NCBI GenBank assembly: GCA_026026165.1
Contig: JAPEUD010000011.1
Location: 434,001-498,000, forward strand
Origin: Sarea resinae
Taxonomy: Eukaryota
Reading direction: 5' to 3'
Length of the DNA stretch: 64,000 nucleotides
The translations under genes and the position numbers were made by a program. Below the pieces are notes generated by a model that was given only the letters and a program-made list of their open reading frames with translations, made no database searches and was not told where the DNA came from. This document shows positions 39,590 through 52,081 of this stretch, one piece after another. Every line of letters begins with the position of its first letter. Position 1 is the stretch's first letter.

Positions 39590-39691
39590 TTATCAGGCAA
39601 TCTGATGGTCGAAAAGCTTATTTGAACTATTTATGAAGTTCTGAGGAAATTATCACGGTGGAGAGAAAAGCAAATGAGGATGTTTGGCGGG

Positions 39692-39937
39692 TTATATATC
39701 TAGGAAGCAGATAAGCGACAAACACTGTCCACGCCACCCGATTGTTACAATTTCAATTACAAGGGAATGATATCAGGGGAACAAGCTGTTTACGGCGATC
39801 GACTATGGGCGACCCGGTGCACCTTGCGCAAAGCACACCTCAGTAACGCGGATGGTACCAGGTCGATGATGGTATAGACTGCCCAGGTGGAGGTGAAGAA
39901 ATATGGATGAGGTAGTTCGCGACGCGATCATGACGTC
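39692..39937 (-). promoter_or_regulatory. Putative catalase promoter: TATA box (39692-39698) and CRE/ATF-like site (39931-39937)
   Basis: TATATAA on the minus strand ~100 nt upstream of the ATG; TGACGTC ~345 nt upstream. Confidence 0.45.
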
Positions 39938-40999
39938 TTCAGACGTTGCTTGAGAGACCAAAATCCGGTCCACACCTCGGTCTAGGCCTTACTGAAAGTG
40001 GATAAGGAGACTAAGACGATTAACGTCGATCGATGAGCTACTCTAGAGTACCGTAGAAAGTTAATCGACTTAATCGACTTTTGATTATTACCCCTAACCC
40101 TTCGTCAGTCATCGCTAAGGTAAATCCCATTGCCCTTCTCCATCCATCTCAATCCCACCTACTAGCCCCGAGCGACTCCGGTATATCAACCCAGCAGGTA
40201 AAGCTTGTATTTTAACTACCAGGCAGGTAGGTAAGGTACCTATGCAATCGAAGCAATCGAAGTCATTTCGAGCGGCAGAGTGTTCCGTCTGCGATGCTGC
40301 GTACCTTAGGTAATCAGTAGATCGTAATTCCCTTACCCAGATGGTTGATAGTAAGTCTACGGGACTCGATGCGTGCTAACGCGAGTATCGAATACGAGGT
40401 TCCTGGTTCCTCGCATGCTAATGCCTAAGAATGATTCACTTTCCATTTGGCATCTCAGCCTGTAAGGAAGGATAGGTAGGCCTACCTACCGCAGGTATGT
40501 GAGTTTTTATAAGGTACCTTACTACCCCACCTGTGGTAGATCATGTTAAGCGTGATCTACTATTGCGCGGTAAGTACCGATCAGCCCAGGGCAACTAAAG
40601 CCTCGTTTAGTACGGAGTAGAACCACGGTGTGTTGGCGATTATGATTGTTTATCATCTATAGCATCCCTAGTACCTCCAGGTCTTCTATCGACTACTATG
40701 TTGGAGATGAGCATCAAGTAGCCTCTCGAACTTGCCCTGAGTACGGGTGGCCACCCTTTTTACTCCGTTAGCAGATCACACCTCTGTAGTACTAACCTGA
40801 CCAGCGGCGAGGCTGGCCGATAGGAGGTAGATAGATGTAGTGTCGGGACTGTTCTTGTGGTAAGGAATCTTCAAAGTGTTTTCGACAGCCATTCAAGCTA
40901 CTAGGTAGCTTTGGAGATAGCGATTACCTTATGCTTTTGCACAGGGAATCTACCCGACAGAGATGTACACTAAGAAGTAGATGTCTTTTGACAACCTAC

Positions 41000-41500
41000 C
41001 TACCTAGTACCTACCTACCTTAGATGGTTTTAATAACTTGAAAAATTCGATTCTCCAAGGTTATTATACTCTAGCAGCTACTATTTAAGGTAGGTAGCCT
41101 TTTACCTAGGAGGATCTTCAAGAAGTACACCTATACATAATAACATTTTCCCGACCGCCTTGATAATTATTCAATAGGAGTGTTTTACAATTACTAATAG
41201 GACGTAGGCCTTAATAGTAAACATAAACTCTAGGTAACTATGCTACGCATCTGTTATTCCTATAATAGGTGCTAGGCACTCTAACAATTAAATCTAACCT
41301 ACCTAGGTAACAAATAAGAACGAACAAAGTGTAAGTGCAATTACACGTAGTAAGGTACAAAGTCGAAAACTATATATTAGAGCACATAGATTAATTAGAG
41401 CAACTACAATGATTTTAGATAGACTCAGAGACTTTAGAGCTAATAGATCAATCGCTATGATCTTTGGAAATACTCTTCACTTTATAAGTCCCGTTATCTT
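41000..41500. repeat. Short AT-rich, TpA-enriched relic, probably a RIP-degraded repeat fragment
   Basis: Abrupt GC drop with abundant TAG/CTA/TAA triplets, like the 50.5-64 kb block. Confidence 0.55.
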
Positions 41501-42026
41501 GTATGCAAGGGAATTTATCTTTAGATTAGACTTGATTGTTGTTGTGTCTAGCACCTTCACTGGTGGATAGTGGGTGCGTTGCGCGGGGAAGGGGAGTGAA
41601 AGGGTTACCTTACTACTGCGCAGTACGCACACAAAAATATCCAGGAGTACTCGGAGTAGGTAGGCAGCAAGAACCTACCTAAGGTACCTAGGTACCTCAG
41701 GTAACCTGGAAGTTACCCGACCTCTTCCCAATTTCTCAAATTGGAACCTTAAGCGAATGAGCAATGCTGGCAACCTGTTCAATGGAGGTTGTGCCTATGA
41801 GTGCGAAGTACATAGTAGGTAGCTCTGAGGCTCTTCCGGGCTTAACCCTAGCGATAATTTAGCCGACTTTGCTCACAATTGATAGTAGTACCGACACACA
41901 CAACGAGAGTATCAGGAGCCGACGACGACACTCGCGACAGCAACGGTCAGTATCCACGCGCAGATATCTTTGCCAGCGGTCTGAGTTGGACCTGGTCCGC
42001 TGACTATTCGACAAACCTCAATAGAA

Positions 42027-42575
42027 ATGCCGAACCAAGCCAAATCCTCAAAACGGCCTGCGGGCAAAACTGGCGGCCGCTCCGCCATTGCCGACGTCGT
42101 CGCGCGGGAATACACAATCCACCTCCACAAGAGAGTACGTTCCCAACCATATCTCGAAGATTTACTACGATGCGCCTAGCATGCTTCGGCATAGGAAAAC
42201 AACTGACTTGGGGTGGCTATGATAGGTCCACGGTGTATCCTTCAAGAAGCGGGCACCGCGTGCAATCAAGGAGATCCGGGGTTTCGCTGAGAAGGCTATG
42301 GTACGAAACCCGTTGGCATAGGAACTACGGTTTTTCGCGATGAGCGGTAGCTAAGGCATAATTTACAGGGCACATCTGACGTTCGTCTCGATCCCCAGCT
42401 GAACAAGAAGGTCTGGGAAGCTGGCATCAAGGGTGTTCCGTTCCGTCTCCGTGTTCGTATCTCGAGAAAGCGCAATGATGAGGAGGGCGCGAAGGAAAAA
42501 CTGTACAGCTATGTGCAAGCGGTCAACGTGAAGGATCCGAAGGGCCTCCAGACGGCGGTTGTGGAGGATGCATAG
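42027..42575 (+). CDS. RPL31: 60S ribosomal protein eL31; exons 42027-42134, 42226-42300, 42369-42575; probable 5'UTR intron ending at 42024
   Basis: Spliced protein ...[93 protein letters not shown]... It is not represented correctly in the ORF track. Confidence 0.97.
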
Positions 42576-42961
42576 ATTTGAGTCTGTCGTACTGGGAACG
42601 GAGTCTGGGGGCTCGACTTCTGTCGTCATGCGGCCTCTGATAGCATGTCTCTGTACTCCCCTTCTACAATCAAATTTTTTCGATGAAGAGAAGTCGTATC
42701 TGGCATGTCTATGACAGATCGAAGGGCGTGAGAATGAATGTCTTGTTGGTTACCTGCCGCGTCCTAGGCTCGAACGATCTCACACGAACTGATCTCACAC
42801 TAACTGCTTATTGATGTTTATTCATGAGCAAGGCTTCCTTGTAGAGAGATGAGAGTTATGATTTGAGCAGACACGCAGCAGATGACATCCCCCAGCTTGC
42901 ACCCAAAGCGAATACCTTTGAGATCCCAAGAAAAGACTTTCTAGGAGTTACAGCAAGCGCT

Positions 42962-44700
42962 CTATATCTCTTCACCCGGTCTGTACACACCCTCCTTACA
43001 AAGCACGACGACTCTTTTGAAGAATCTTCTCCATTCGAGGGGGTCACCTTTCGCCTTAACAAACCTTACCTCCATCAATCCTATATCTCCGAGCATTTTA
43101 TCCACCACTATATCCCCACTCAGCGCACAATGCCTTCCATCCGTTGTCTTGACTTTGATCCATGCCGTCTCATCCCGGCCAGATAACGACGATTGCGAGA
43201 CATTAGAGGCAGGGACACCCAATCGTTGAAGAGCTTCGGCAAGGAGAGGGACCAGTAGAGAAAAATTTAGGTGAGAAAAAAACCGAGTCAGAGAATGCGA
43301 GGGAATTATATCACGGAACATTCGTGCGTGCTGAGTCAAAGACTGTGAAACGGTCGGTGTGGCTGAGAATTGGGACATTGATGGGTCCTCCGATAGGCGT
43401 TCCCAAGCGTCGCTGTATTCTACTTTCCTGGTATGGTCCATTGTGGTGGGTTGGCTTGCACTCCATCCTTCATTTACCGCCACATGAGGAGGTCTCTCCC
43501 AATCAAAGAAACCGTCATCGACTGGAGTTTCCGGCTGAGTAGATGAAAGTTTGCTGTTATCGTCGGTTGTGTCCACGTCCATCGAGTCCTCGGATGTCCA
43601 TACACTCGGGGTTATGGTGAGATCTTCGTTAAAGTCTATTCGTAGACTTTCTAACATTTTAGTAGCAAGCGATATGCGATTTGAGACTCTTCCATCGCGA
43701 TCAAGATAGGCGTTGGGACGCGTAAACCATGGATGTCTTCGGACGTCCTCCAGGGTGAAGCGTGTTTCTGGATCGATTTTCATCATACCTCGCAGGAGCG
43801 ACAAAGTGGCGTTGGGAAGACGCTGCCACATCTCATCCGATGTTCGGCCATTCGTACGGACATATTCGTCAAATTCAGCGCTTGATTGAGTCGGTTGATC
43901 CCATGGCGTATTGCCCACTAAGAGCACGAAAAGGACGACACCACAAGACCAAATGTCCGCCATGTCGCCAGCGTAGCCCCCACGGCCCTCTCGTCTAGAG
44001 ATGCTTCCACAGGTGACGACCTCCGGTGCTATGTAAGGCGGGCTCCCACAGAAGAAAGTACACCTTTTTTTCTCGCCCTTATAACGAATCAGCGCAGCCA
44101 GTCCGAAATCAGCCAATTTCAAATCTCCTGTTGCAGATAGGAGGATATTTTCTGGCTTGATGTCCCGATGTGCTACATCTTTAGAGTGCATGTATCCTAC
44201 TGCACTGATCAGTTGCTTGAAGTAGATGTGCGCGATGTCCTCTCCGACCCCCTCATCTGCCTCGATTTTATCGAATAGATCGCCGCCCTCAGCCAGCTCC
44301 ATGGCTAGCCATCTCCAGGTTGGGTCCTCATCAAATAAAAATAGCTCAATGATGTTTGGATGCCGTCCGACATGGGCGTGCAGGGTAACTTCCATGGCGA
44401 TTTGTTTGGCAGAAATGCGCCCATGGTGAATCGCCGAGGCTTTGTGGATGAACTTGACTGCGATCAGAGGTTCTGGCTTATCGAGTGGAATGGCCTTTCG
44501 AATACTGTACGCGATGCTTTAGCAGCCGAAGCATTGCAATGCAGCGATAGCTGCTCACAATGCATATGCTCCTTGTCCGATCGTCTTGGAAACGATACGA
44601 AAGGGCAGATTCGCTGGCAGCGGGGCAGATTGGGACTATGATCACGTATCAGTCAACGTTGCTCGTCCTCGATAGTCGATCCCTTCACCATAGGCGGCAT
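42962..44700 (-). CDS. CHK1: DNA-damage checkpoint kinase Chk1; exons 44700-44689, 44635-44559, 44504-42962
   Basis: Gly-loop IGQGAYA, IAVKFI, GGDLFDKIEADEG, HRDIKPEN, DFG, CGSPPYIAPE, GNTPWDQP, SQ/TQ sites, LTRFF and C-terminal KGDPLEWRRFFK, which is characteristic of Chk1. The 12-nt first exon is less certain. Confidence 0.93.
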
Positions 44701-44735
44701 CGCCTCGAATGTGCTGCTTTGCACCAACGTCTACG

Positions 44736-45031
44736 ACGCGTCGTTCTTCAATGATCTGTCGTGGCGTATCGGTGTCTTGGACTAGGGACAACAGCAAGTG
44801 GTGGAAACTTATGAACCAGTCACTTAGATCTTGCCTTGAGATTTTGGATCAATACGATGGGAGAAAATGTAGTCTTTTAGCTTCGGATCAGCGAGTCGCG
44901 GGAAAGGGTGATGAAACATCAGGAGGTGCAACGAAATTCATCGACCGGATCAGCCTGAACCGTTGAGACCAACTGAGGTGCTCAAAGTGGTTTCAGAGCA
45001 CGCGTGTCGTGAGTCGCGACCTGCTGCGCGT
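44736..45031. promoter_or_regulatory. Cluster of MCB-like (ACGCGT) and CGCG elements in the CHK1/UBC11 divergent promoter
   Basis: ACGCGT at 44736 and 45000, TCGCGGGAAA at 44896, TCGCGA at 45014, GCGCGT at 45026. Confidence 0.5.
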
Positions 45032-45541
45032 AGAGCGGAAACCGGGTACACAAACTCGGGTACCTCTATACTAGTCTGTAGTCTGATCACAGCCATTTCC
45101 CGGAGATGTACTTTGTAGAAGGTCCCACGGTCCTCGGTCCCTTGGTCGTTGCTACAGCAAATATCCGAAAAGTAAACACTATACTTACCTAGGTACCTTA
45201 CTTACCTACTCAGTGCTTCGCCGAGCGGTTCAGAGCATCCATCTTCTGATTCCCTCCATCCCATCCGTCCTGCTTACCCTACCTAGGTAGCATTCAACTA
45301 TACCTCTGCAGCAATCTTTGCTATTTTCCTCCTCCGTCCATCTTCCCAGCAGCTCTTCGTTGCTCAGTCGCTTCCATTACTTCTCTTTCATTTTCTACCA
45401 CACTTTTCACTAAAATCCAATACGAACTGTGCGTAGGCCTTCAAGTCCTATCTGTCGGAAACCAGATCTCAGTAGCGGCTCTCACGCAACCAGATCCAGT
45501 CTTCCTACACACGGGTTTACTCCATACTATTATTAGCCAGC

Positions 45542-46227
45542 ATGGACTACACTACGGATACTAGACAGCAGCATGCTGTCTCTGTGTCCCAAGACAACCC
45601 TGGGTCAGCAAAGCCAGTCCCGATTCCAAATCGAAGAACAGACACGCAAAGCGTTACCAAGAGGTTCGACAGATCCCTCTATATATATGCGCGCGATTTT
45701 TTTCTTGTCGCATCCGCTCACTATTCATTGACACAGGCTCCAAACGGAATTGATGCAGCTCATGATGTCTTCAACCCCCGGGATTTCTGCCTTCCCCAAC
45801 GCAGACGGGGATCTGCTGTCTTGGACTGGCACTATCACTGGACCAGCCGATACCTATTATGAGGGCCTTTCCTTCAAGTTGTCCTTCTCATTTCCTCCAA
45901 CATATCCTTATAATCCGCCGACGGTCCTCTTCAGAACTCCGATCTATCATCCGAATGTGGATTTTTCTGGGCGTATCTGCCTCGATATCCTAAAGGATAA
46001 GTGGAGCGCAGTGTATAATGTTCAAAGTGTCCTATTGAGCTTGCAAAGCTTATTGGGGGAGCCGAACAAGTAGGTCTTAGATTCCACTCAAGAAGGTTTT
46101 TGGCATCGCTAATGTATGGTCTAGCGCGAGCCCTTTGAACGGACAAGCGGCAGAGCTCTGGGAGAATGATTCGACAGAGTTCAAGAAGCTGGTTCTTGCT
46201 AGGCACCGCGATATCGACGAGGAATGA
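45542..46227 (+). CDS. UBC11: Ubiquitin-conjugating enzyme E2-C (UbcH10/Ubc11, APC/C E2); exons 45542-45663, 45737-46069, 46125-46227
   Basis: [21 protein letters not shown], active site [26 protein letters not shown] and [16 protein letters not shown]. Confidence 0.93.
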
Positions 46228-46479
46228 TCGCGTTCTGATCCTTGGACGGATGTGTTGAAGGCCTCTGGATACTCATCCAGGCACGTCCAACTGATGTCTC
46301 ATGTCTGAATTTCGAGGCGTTGTTGATTGAGGTCTCGCGTTTCTTAAGATTGCATATCAACTAGTGTATAGGCCTTTGGTACCTACGTTATGCTGGGAGA
46401 AGGCGTGTTTAAAGGCTGAATTTTTACCATTGAATTACTCGCGCCTCTCTGTGTCCTGCAAATCTGTGAATGTGATATC

Positions 46480-47050
46480 TATAAATTAGTATACTACCGT
46501 ATAACAACAAGACTCTCTATGCGATTACAGGAAATATTCTAGCACATGTTGCTCTCTCGAGTACCTACGGTCCAGGTCTTATCACTGTATCTTAATTTTA
46601 GAACTCTAGAATGCTATAGAGTTTAAAATAAGCTGTACCTTCTTAGGTAGGTATGCAACACACATAGGAGTAAAAGGCAGCCTCGGGCTTTGGAGCTCTT
46701 ATAATAAGGTACTTATCAGCTACTAATTATCTAAATGTAAGGGCCAGTAAATAGGCAAACCTTTTCCCACGTGAGCCATCCAAAAAGACTACTATAATCC
46801 AGCTCGTCCGGGCTATGCCTATTTGCCTACTATATAGCAGCGCACCTCACACTTAACCTAAGTAGAGTTATAATACTGTAGTAGAGTAAGCCTTTTCTGT
46901 AGTCCACCTTCTACACCTTCTAAAATTACTCAGTTCTTTTAAGATTAAATTTACTATATAATTCTATTAGTAGAAACATAAGTTAGTAGTCTATGGAAAA
47001 TATCATAAGCTATACATAAGTCTATGTATTAATAAAATACTAGATAGCTA
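46480..47050. repeat. AT-rich RIP-degraded relic separating core genes from the kinase island
   Basis: Low GC with TpA enrichment and no long ORF. Confidence 0.55.
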
Positions 47051-47969
47051 GTGGGCCGCTGTTTTCAGCTTCAGGGTTTGGCGGTCCCTCGTTGGGCAAA
47101 GGTGTGCGTTGGGTGTCCGGCTCGCCGGTTTTGCGTTCAGCACTATAAAGATCGCACACTTCCTTTACGCCCTCATATGCACTCTAACATGGTTCACCCG
47201 CACTGGTATGGTCGCAGCTCACGATCGCCGCCTTCCCACAACCGCCGCAGCTCCAATGGCTCGAGCAGCTGCGGCAGCCCCGATAGCTTTAATGCTCCTC
47301 GCAATGGCTTGACAGCCGGGGTTAGTCTCTATCTATCTGAGCCCTCCTGAGGCCTGCTGATCAGGAAATCTGATGTTTGCGCCGCTGATCTGGCTCCCAC
47401 TTCGATCACAGTGCTTTTCGCTCTCTGTGCCTACTCTCTAGTTTTGGCGATCACGTCGATCCCCTGACCAATCGACAGATATTTATGTTACACTATCACC
47501 TCCCCGCGCCGGAGCATGCTCATTACGGCCCTTCATCCTGCCGTATACCGTCTATGAAGGTGCGAACTGCCTTGTCGGACTTACGTGGTTTCATGCTGGT
47601 GCGCCTAATGTGGGATTGAGGCAGACTGGCGCAGCGGACCCCAGGCCGGATGTGACCTTATGATTCTGTGGCGGAGTAGGCTGAGCGGGCGCGAGACTGA
47701 CCAATGGTACAAATGCCTCTTCGCAACCACTTCTGTCCAGACCCTGCTGCGCCGAGATGGATGTTGTGTCTACTGCGGTATGGTGTGACAGCTTCGGGCG
47801 GGCCAGAGCTGAGGTGAAACCATGCTGAGGCGGTATGAGAAGCGATAGCAAGGCACATTTCCCATTGGATCTTTGAGTGCCAAAGAGTTGGCGATGCCGA
47901 TTGTTGTAGAAGGTCACAGTAGTGCACAAGTGCATTGGGGGGAGATAATATGACCGCAGAGCAGAACGA

Positions 47970-49299
47970 TTATTCTGGAATCTTCGCATACTCGGGCAGA
48001 GCCCAGTCCCTCATCCACGCCGTCTGCAATACTTGCTTGGCAGTCGGCCGATCACTAGGCCTGAACGCGAGCATCCACCGCGTCATCGCGAAGAAAGCAT
48101 CCTTCTCCTTTTCATCAAGGGGAGCCATGCCTTTTGAAAGCCGAGGCTCTTGTATGCTGTCCTCAAAGCGCTGATCCCACGACCACACGGATCGACCTTC
48201 TACCGGCTGACCAGCGTTAGTGAATTTCCCCAACCGCGCTCCCCATCTTTCCCACCACTCCAGTGGAAGACAGCCAAGGGCATCGACATGTTCGCATGTG
48301 ATGTCATCTTGAGTCGCTAGTAGGCTATCAAACAACGATCTTTGGCCGAGAATAGCCCATACAGTGCAAGCGAGGCTCCAGATATCGGACGCGAAGGAGA
48401 GGGGCGTTGTCGGCTCAAAGCGAGCTTCTGGCGGCCGGATATCGAGTGGCGTGTAGGACTGAAACCTCGACTCTTCTGAGGGTCGAAAGGCTACCCCATA
48501 ATCTACAAGCAGGAGCCTCGCATCGGAGAGCACGACATTCTCACTGGATTTGCCAAGCCATACTGGCGAGATGGCGTGTGAAGGAACATTTGGCGAAAGT
48601 GGCTTTCCGTCTAGCCGGACGACAGGCTCGGGCTCGGGTGCTCCAAACTTGTCGTACAGCTGCTCCTCTGAGAGATGGTCAAGACCTGATGGCAAATGCA
48701 GGAGGACATTTCCTAGATGAAGGTCTGTGGAAAGAATAGTCAGACAATACACTCTGATAATGAGCAAAATATACAAAGGAAGGCCCTGATGGATACTCAC
48801 CTCCATGGACATATTTCTGGTCGTGAATTCGTGCGACAGCGATGACAAGCTGAGCGGCAAGAGCTCGAGCAACTGGGAGATGAAAAAGACCAGAATTGGA
48901 CGCCTCTTTGGTATCAGCAAGGCTACACCTTGCCGGATTTGTTACGAGGCAAAAGTGGGTTCCGTTAGGTCCACGGAGATTGAAACGATCAAGAACAACC
49001 GGGAGCAAGGGCTTGCCACGGCCTTTGCATTCAAGAGTAGAATCAGTAATGCTAGATAAGACGTCGACCTCATGATGGTCTGAGTCTGAGGTGCCCACTT
49101 TGATGGCAGCGAATGTCGATAGCTGCTGGTCCCGAGCCAGCCAAGTCGTTGAGAATGAGCCATAGCCAAGCTTGTGCACTATGCGGTATCGCCCGTGAAG
49201 ACGGTCCCCAATTAGTATTGGGTAGTATCCCCCAAGCCGGTAGTACTTTAGTCTTTCTACATCCTCGATAGGTTGGTAGACAAAGCGCGACGTCGACAT
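47970..49299 (-). CDS. Fungal SRPK-like (CMGC) Ser/Thr protein kinase; exons 49299-48801, 48724-47970
   Basis: VERLKYYRLGGYYPILIGDRLHGRYRIVHKLGYGSFSTTWLARD, AAIK, GPNGTHFCLV, spliced catalytic loop YVHGDLHLGNVLL, DYG, RPPE and SDIWSLAC. Intron GTGAGT...CAG at 48800-48725. Confidence 0.85.
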
Positions 49300-49696
49300 C
49301 CTTGAGTAAAGCGCAACAGGTACAACGTGGGCCGCAACTTGGCGGTGCTGGAAGAGGAAGTGATGGGGAGAGAGGCGACCCATGACGTCGTTACAAAGCG
49401 ACGGCCACGTTTATATGTGGGGATGAAAAATCGGCATCAACCCAGAAGGAAACAAAACGTGATCTCTCCTGCCGCGCGCCTGAAGCAAGGCAAGGTAAGA
49501 GCTATCCTCGATTGTGCAGCGTACTTATGGTCACTATATAGATGCTGGTTGCTAGTAGTTCAGCCAGAGATTCAATTATCATCACACTACATCGTATGAA
49601 CATCATACCTTAATTGTGGCCCGCGCCACCTGAAACATATCTGGTCCTGTTGAACCTCTCTTCATCAGGAAGCAAAAAGCTTCTGGCTTTCCCAGC

Positions 49697-49983
49697 TCAA
49701 CTTGAGTTGACGGCCGGAAGGAGAGTTTTAGCCGTCTGAGGTACTGATTCGGCATGATCCACTACGTCAAAAGTTGCATCCTTCTGCTCGGCAACAGTAA
49801 TGCCACCAGCGAGACCGATTTTGAGCATATCAGTGTAGTATTCGAACGGATCAGCTCCACTTGAATCAAGAATAGCTTCCTGTGGTTTAGTCTGCCCTGG
49901 TCTGGGAATGTTGTCAATGAAGAAAGGCACTGTATTATTCACAGCAAGAGCAAGCCGAAGCGAAGAGCGCTACGAGGCAACAT
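49697..49983 (-). pseudogene. Possible frameshifted small secreted-protein gene remnant
   Basis: A signal-peptide-like stretch (MLPRSALRFGLLLL* in one frame, CLVALFAS in another) abuts, out of frame, an 81-codon GTG-started ORF (VNNTVPFFIDN...). No recognisable family. Confidence 0.2.
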
Positions 49984-51772
49984 TTGGCGTACTCCTTCTC
50001 TTACTAGGGACTCTTGGCGAGCTCCCGGCGCCTGGATCTTGGGGTAGAGTGAAATAAAATTTGTTTCCTGCTCGTAGGAAAGTGGTAACAGGACGGCGAT
50101 TAGACTTTGTGATCGTTGTAAGCAAAGCCTGAAAGGACATCGAGCGGGGAAGATGCTGGTATAAACAATACGTCCCGGCCGGCGGCAGATAAGGGCAGGT
50201 CGATAGCTAGGGACTTTTAAAAGTTGGTGACAGTTTTGACTCCTATCAACGACGGTTGAGGTCACTGAAGCGCCGGGCCCAGTACATATGTAACCTTGAC
50301 TGAGTAGACTCGACCTCAAACAACAACTCGAATGTCAAAGCACAATGAAAGCAAAACATAGGACAGCCACAAATGGACGCATCAGAAAGGCTCATGTCGA
50401 GAACAAATCAAAGGCTGAAAGAGAACGTTTCTGAAGACGCAGAAATGAATTTCTTAAAGAAACTAAACGAAATGCACCAGTCCTTAAAAGGTCTAATAAG
50501 ACGAAGGAAATATGCCTAGACAGTAGGTAGGTATAAAGTACTGTTGTAGTAGGTAAGGTATGTAGTAGTTAGGCGCTGATTATTATAGATAGGATAAGAT
50601 AGGGCTAGTAATGTTGGAATTTGCCGATCCACCCTGATCATGTGACTAGGCCGGAATAGGAAATCAGGGGTTATAACCTAGTTATTATACATTATAATTG
50701 TTATTTTCTCCTGAATTATGCAGCAGAATTACACGTTTAATTGCCTTATATCTAGCTATATAGATATAGTGTATTCTAGCAATTAGTAGAGTAGTAGAAT
50801 AAGTAGTTATATAGCTAATTATTTTAACAAGTAAGGTACTATATAGTATAGAGTATATATATAAAGTACTTTAATTATAGAGTAATTCTAGCTCTACTAG
50901 TAGGTTCTTATTTAAGTAAGGTATATAAAGTAGTTCTAAACCTAATCTAATCTAATTATCTAATTCTTCTTAAAGCAGTTATTAGATTGTTTGTATCCTT
51001 TTTACCTATAGCACTCTTTACCTCTATTATTACTCTAACCTATTAGAATGCTTTTACTAGCTTAGGTTTAAGCTTAGCTACTAACTTTAACCTTAACTAT
51101 AAGTCTTAGTCTCTTTAATATAAATAGAAGAATATAGATTTTTTATATCTACTAGAAGACTTACACTATAATAATAAGTAGTCTGTATTATATCTATTAT
51201 AAGACTACTTAAATGCATGCCTACTTTAGTAGTACTCTTTAGTAAGCTTATTATATATAAATTAAATAAAGAAGGTATTTATACTAAAAATCTTATTATA
51301 TACAGTATTATTATATATAGAACAAATTCCTATAATAGTATAAGTTATAGCTTAGAGAATACACTGTTGCTAATGTCTCTATACACACTGACTTATACAC
51401 TAAAAGCAATATATTTAAGTGCTAACATAAATTTTAGTTTTATAGAGTGTAAATAATAGTTATCCTTACTATATTGTTTAAGCTAAAGACTTAGTTTAAA
51501 ACAAAAGATACTAGACTTTACTTGTATTAAAATCACATGCACTAGCGCCTTTACTATTGCTTAAATTTTTAAGATACTTATGTATTTAGAAAGAGAAGTT
51601 TAAAAAAGATAGAATAAGTTAAAGCTCTAAAAAATTTACAGTCTATATAAGTAATACAGCTACAAACCTTCTTTAAGCAGCAATTCTTTAGTTAAGTAGC
51701 AGAGAAATTATAGCTATAAAGCTTAAGGTCCTAATAATAATTCTAGCTCTACTAACATTTAAAGCAGCTGCT

Positions 51773-52081
51773 TATAAAGGCTACTACTAATAGAGGTGCT
51801 ATATGCAGCTTAGTGTAGTGTAGAGTAACTACCTAGTGTAGTTTAGCAACGTTTAGGTAAGCTAAGCAAGGTTATTAGTTATATAGATTAATAGAGGCGC
51901 TAGCTATTAAGGCTAGTGTTTAATGCAATTATAAAGTTAGTGCCTACTAGCAATATCTATATCTATAGTATTAGTTCTGTATTGCTAGAGTGATACTAGC
52001 ACGCTATAGTGTATTAGCCTATTTAATTATACTATTCCTACTTACTCTACTATAGCTAGAAGTCTAGGAGGTAGTCTAACA
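51773..52081 (+). repeat. 5' LTR (309 bp)
   Basis: Aligns without gaps to 58881-59189; by my count 23 differences, all transitions. Confidence 0.95.

Noticed and set aside
40536..40560. Hairpin GTAGATCATG-TTAAG-CGTGATCTAC as an ncRNA or MITE
   Set aside because: A 10-bp stem with one mismatch in palindrome-rich intergenic DNA; no further support.
51217..51456. 79-aa ORF in the AT-rich block
   Set aside because: Ile/Tyr/Asn/Lys-rich composition typical of chance ORFs in RIPed DNA.
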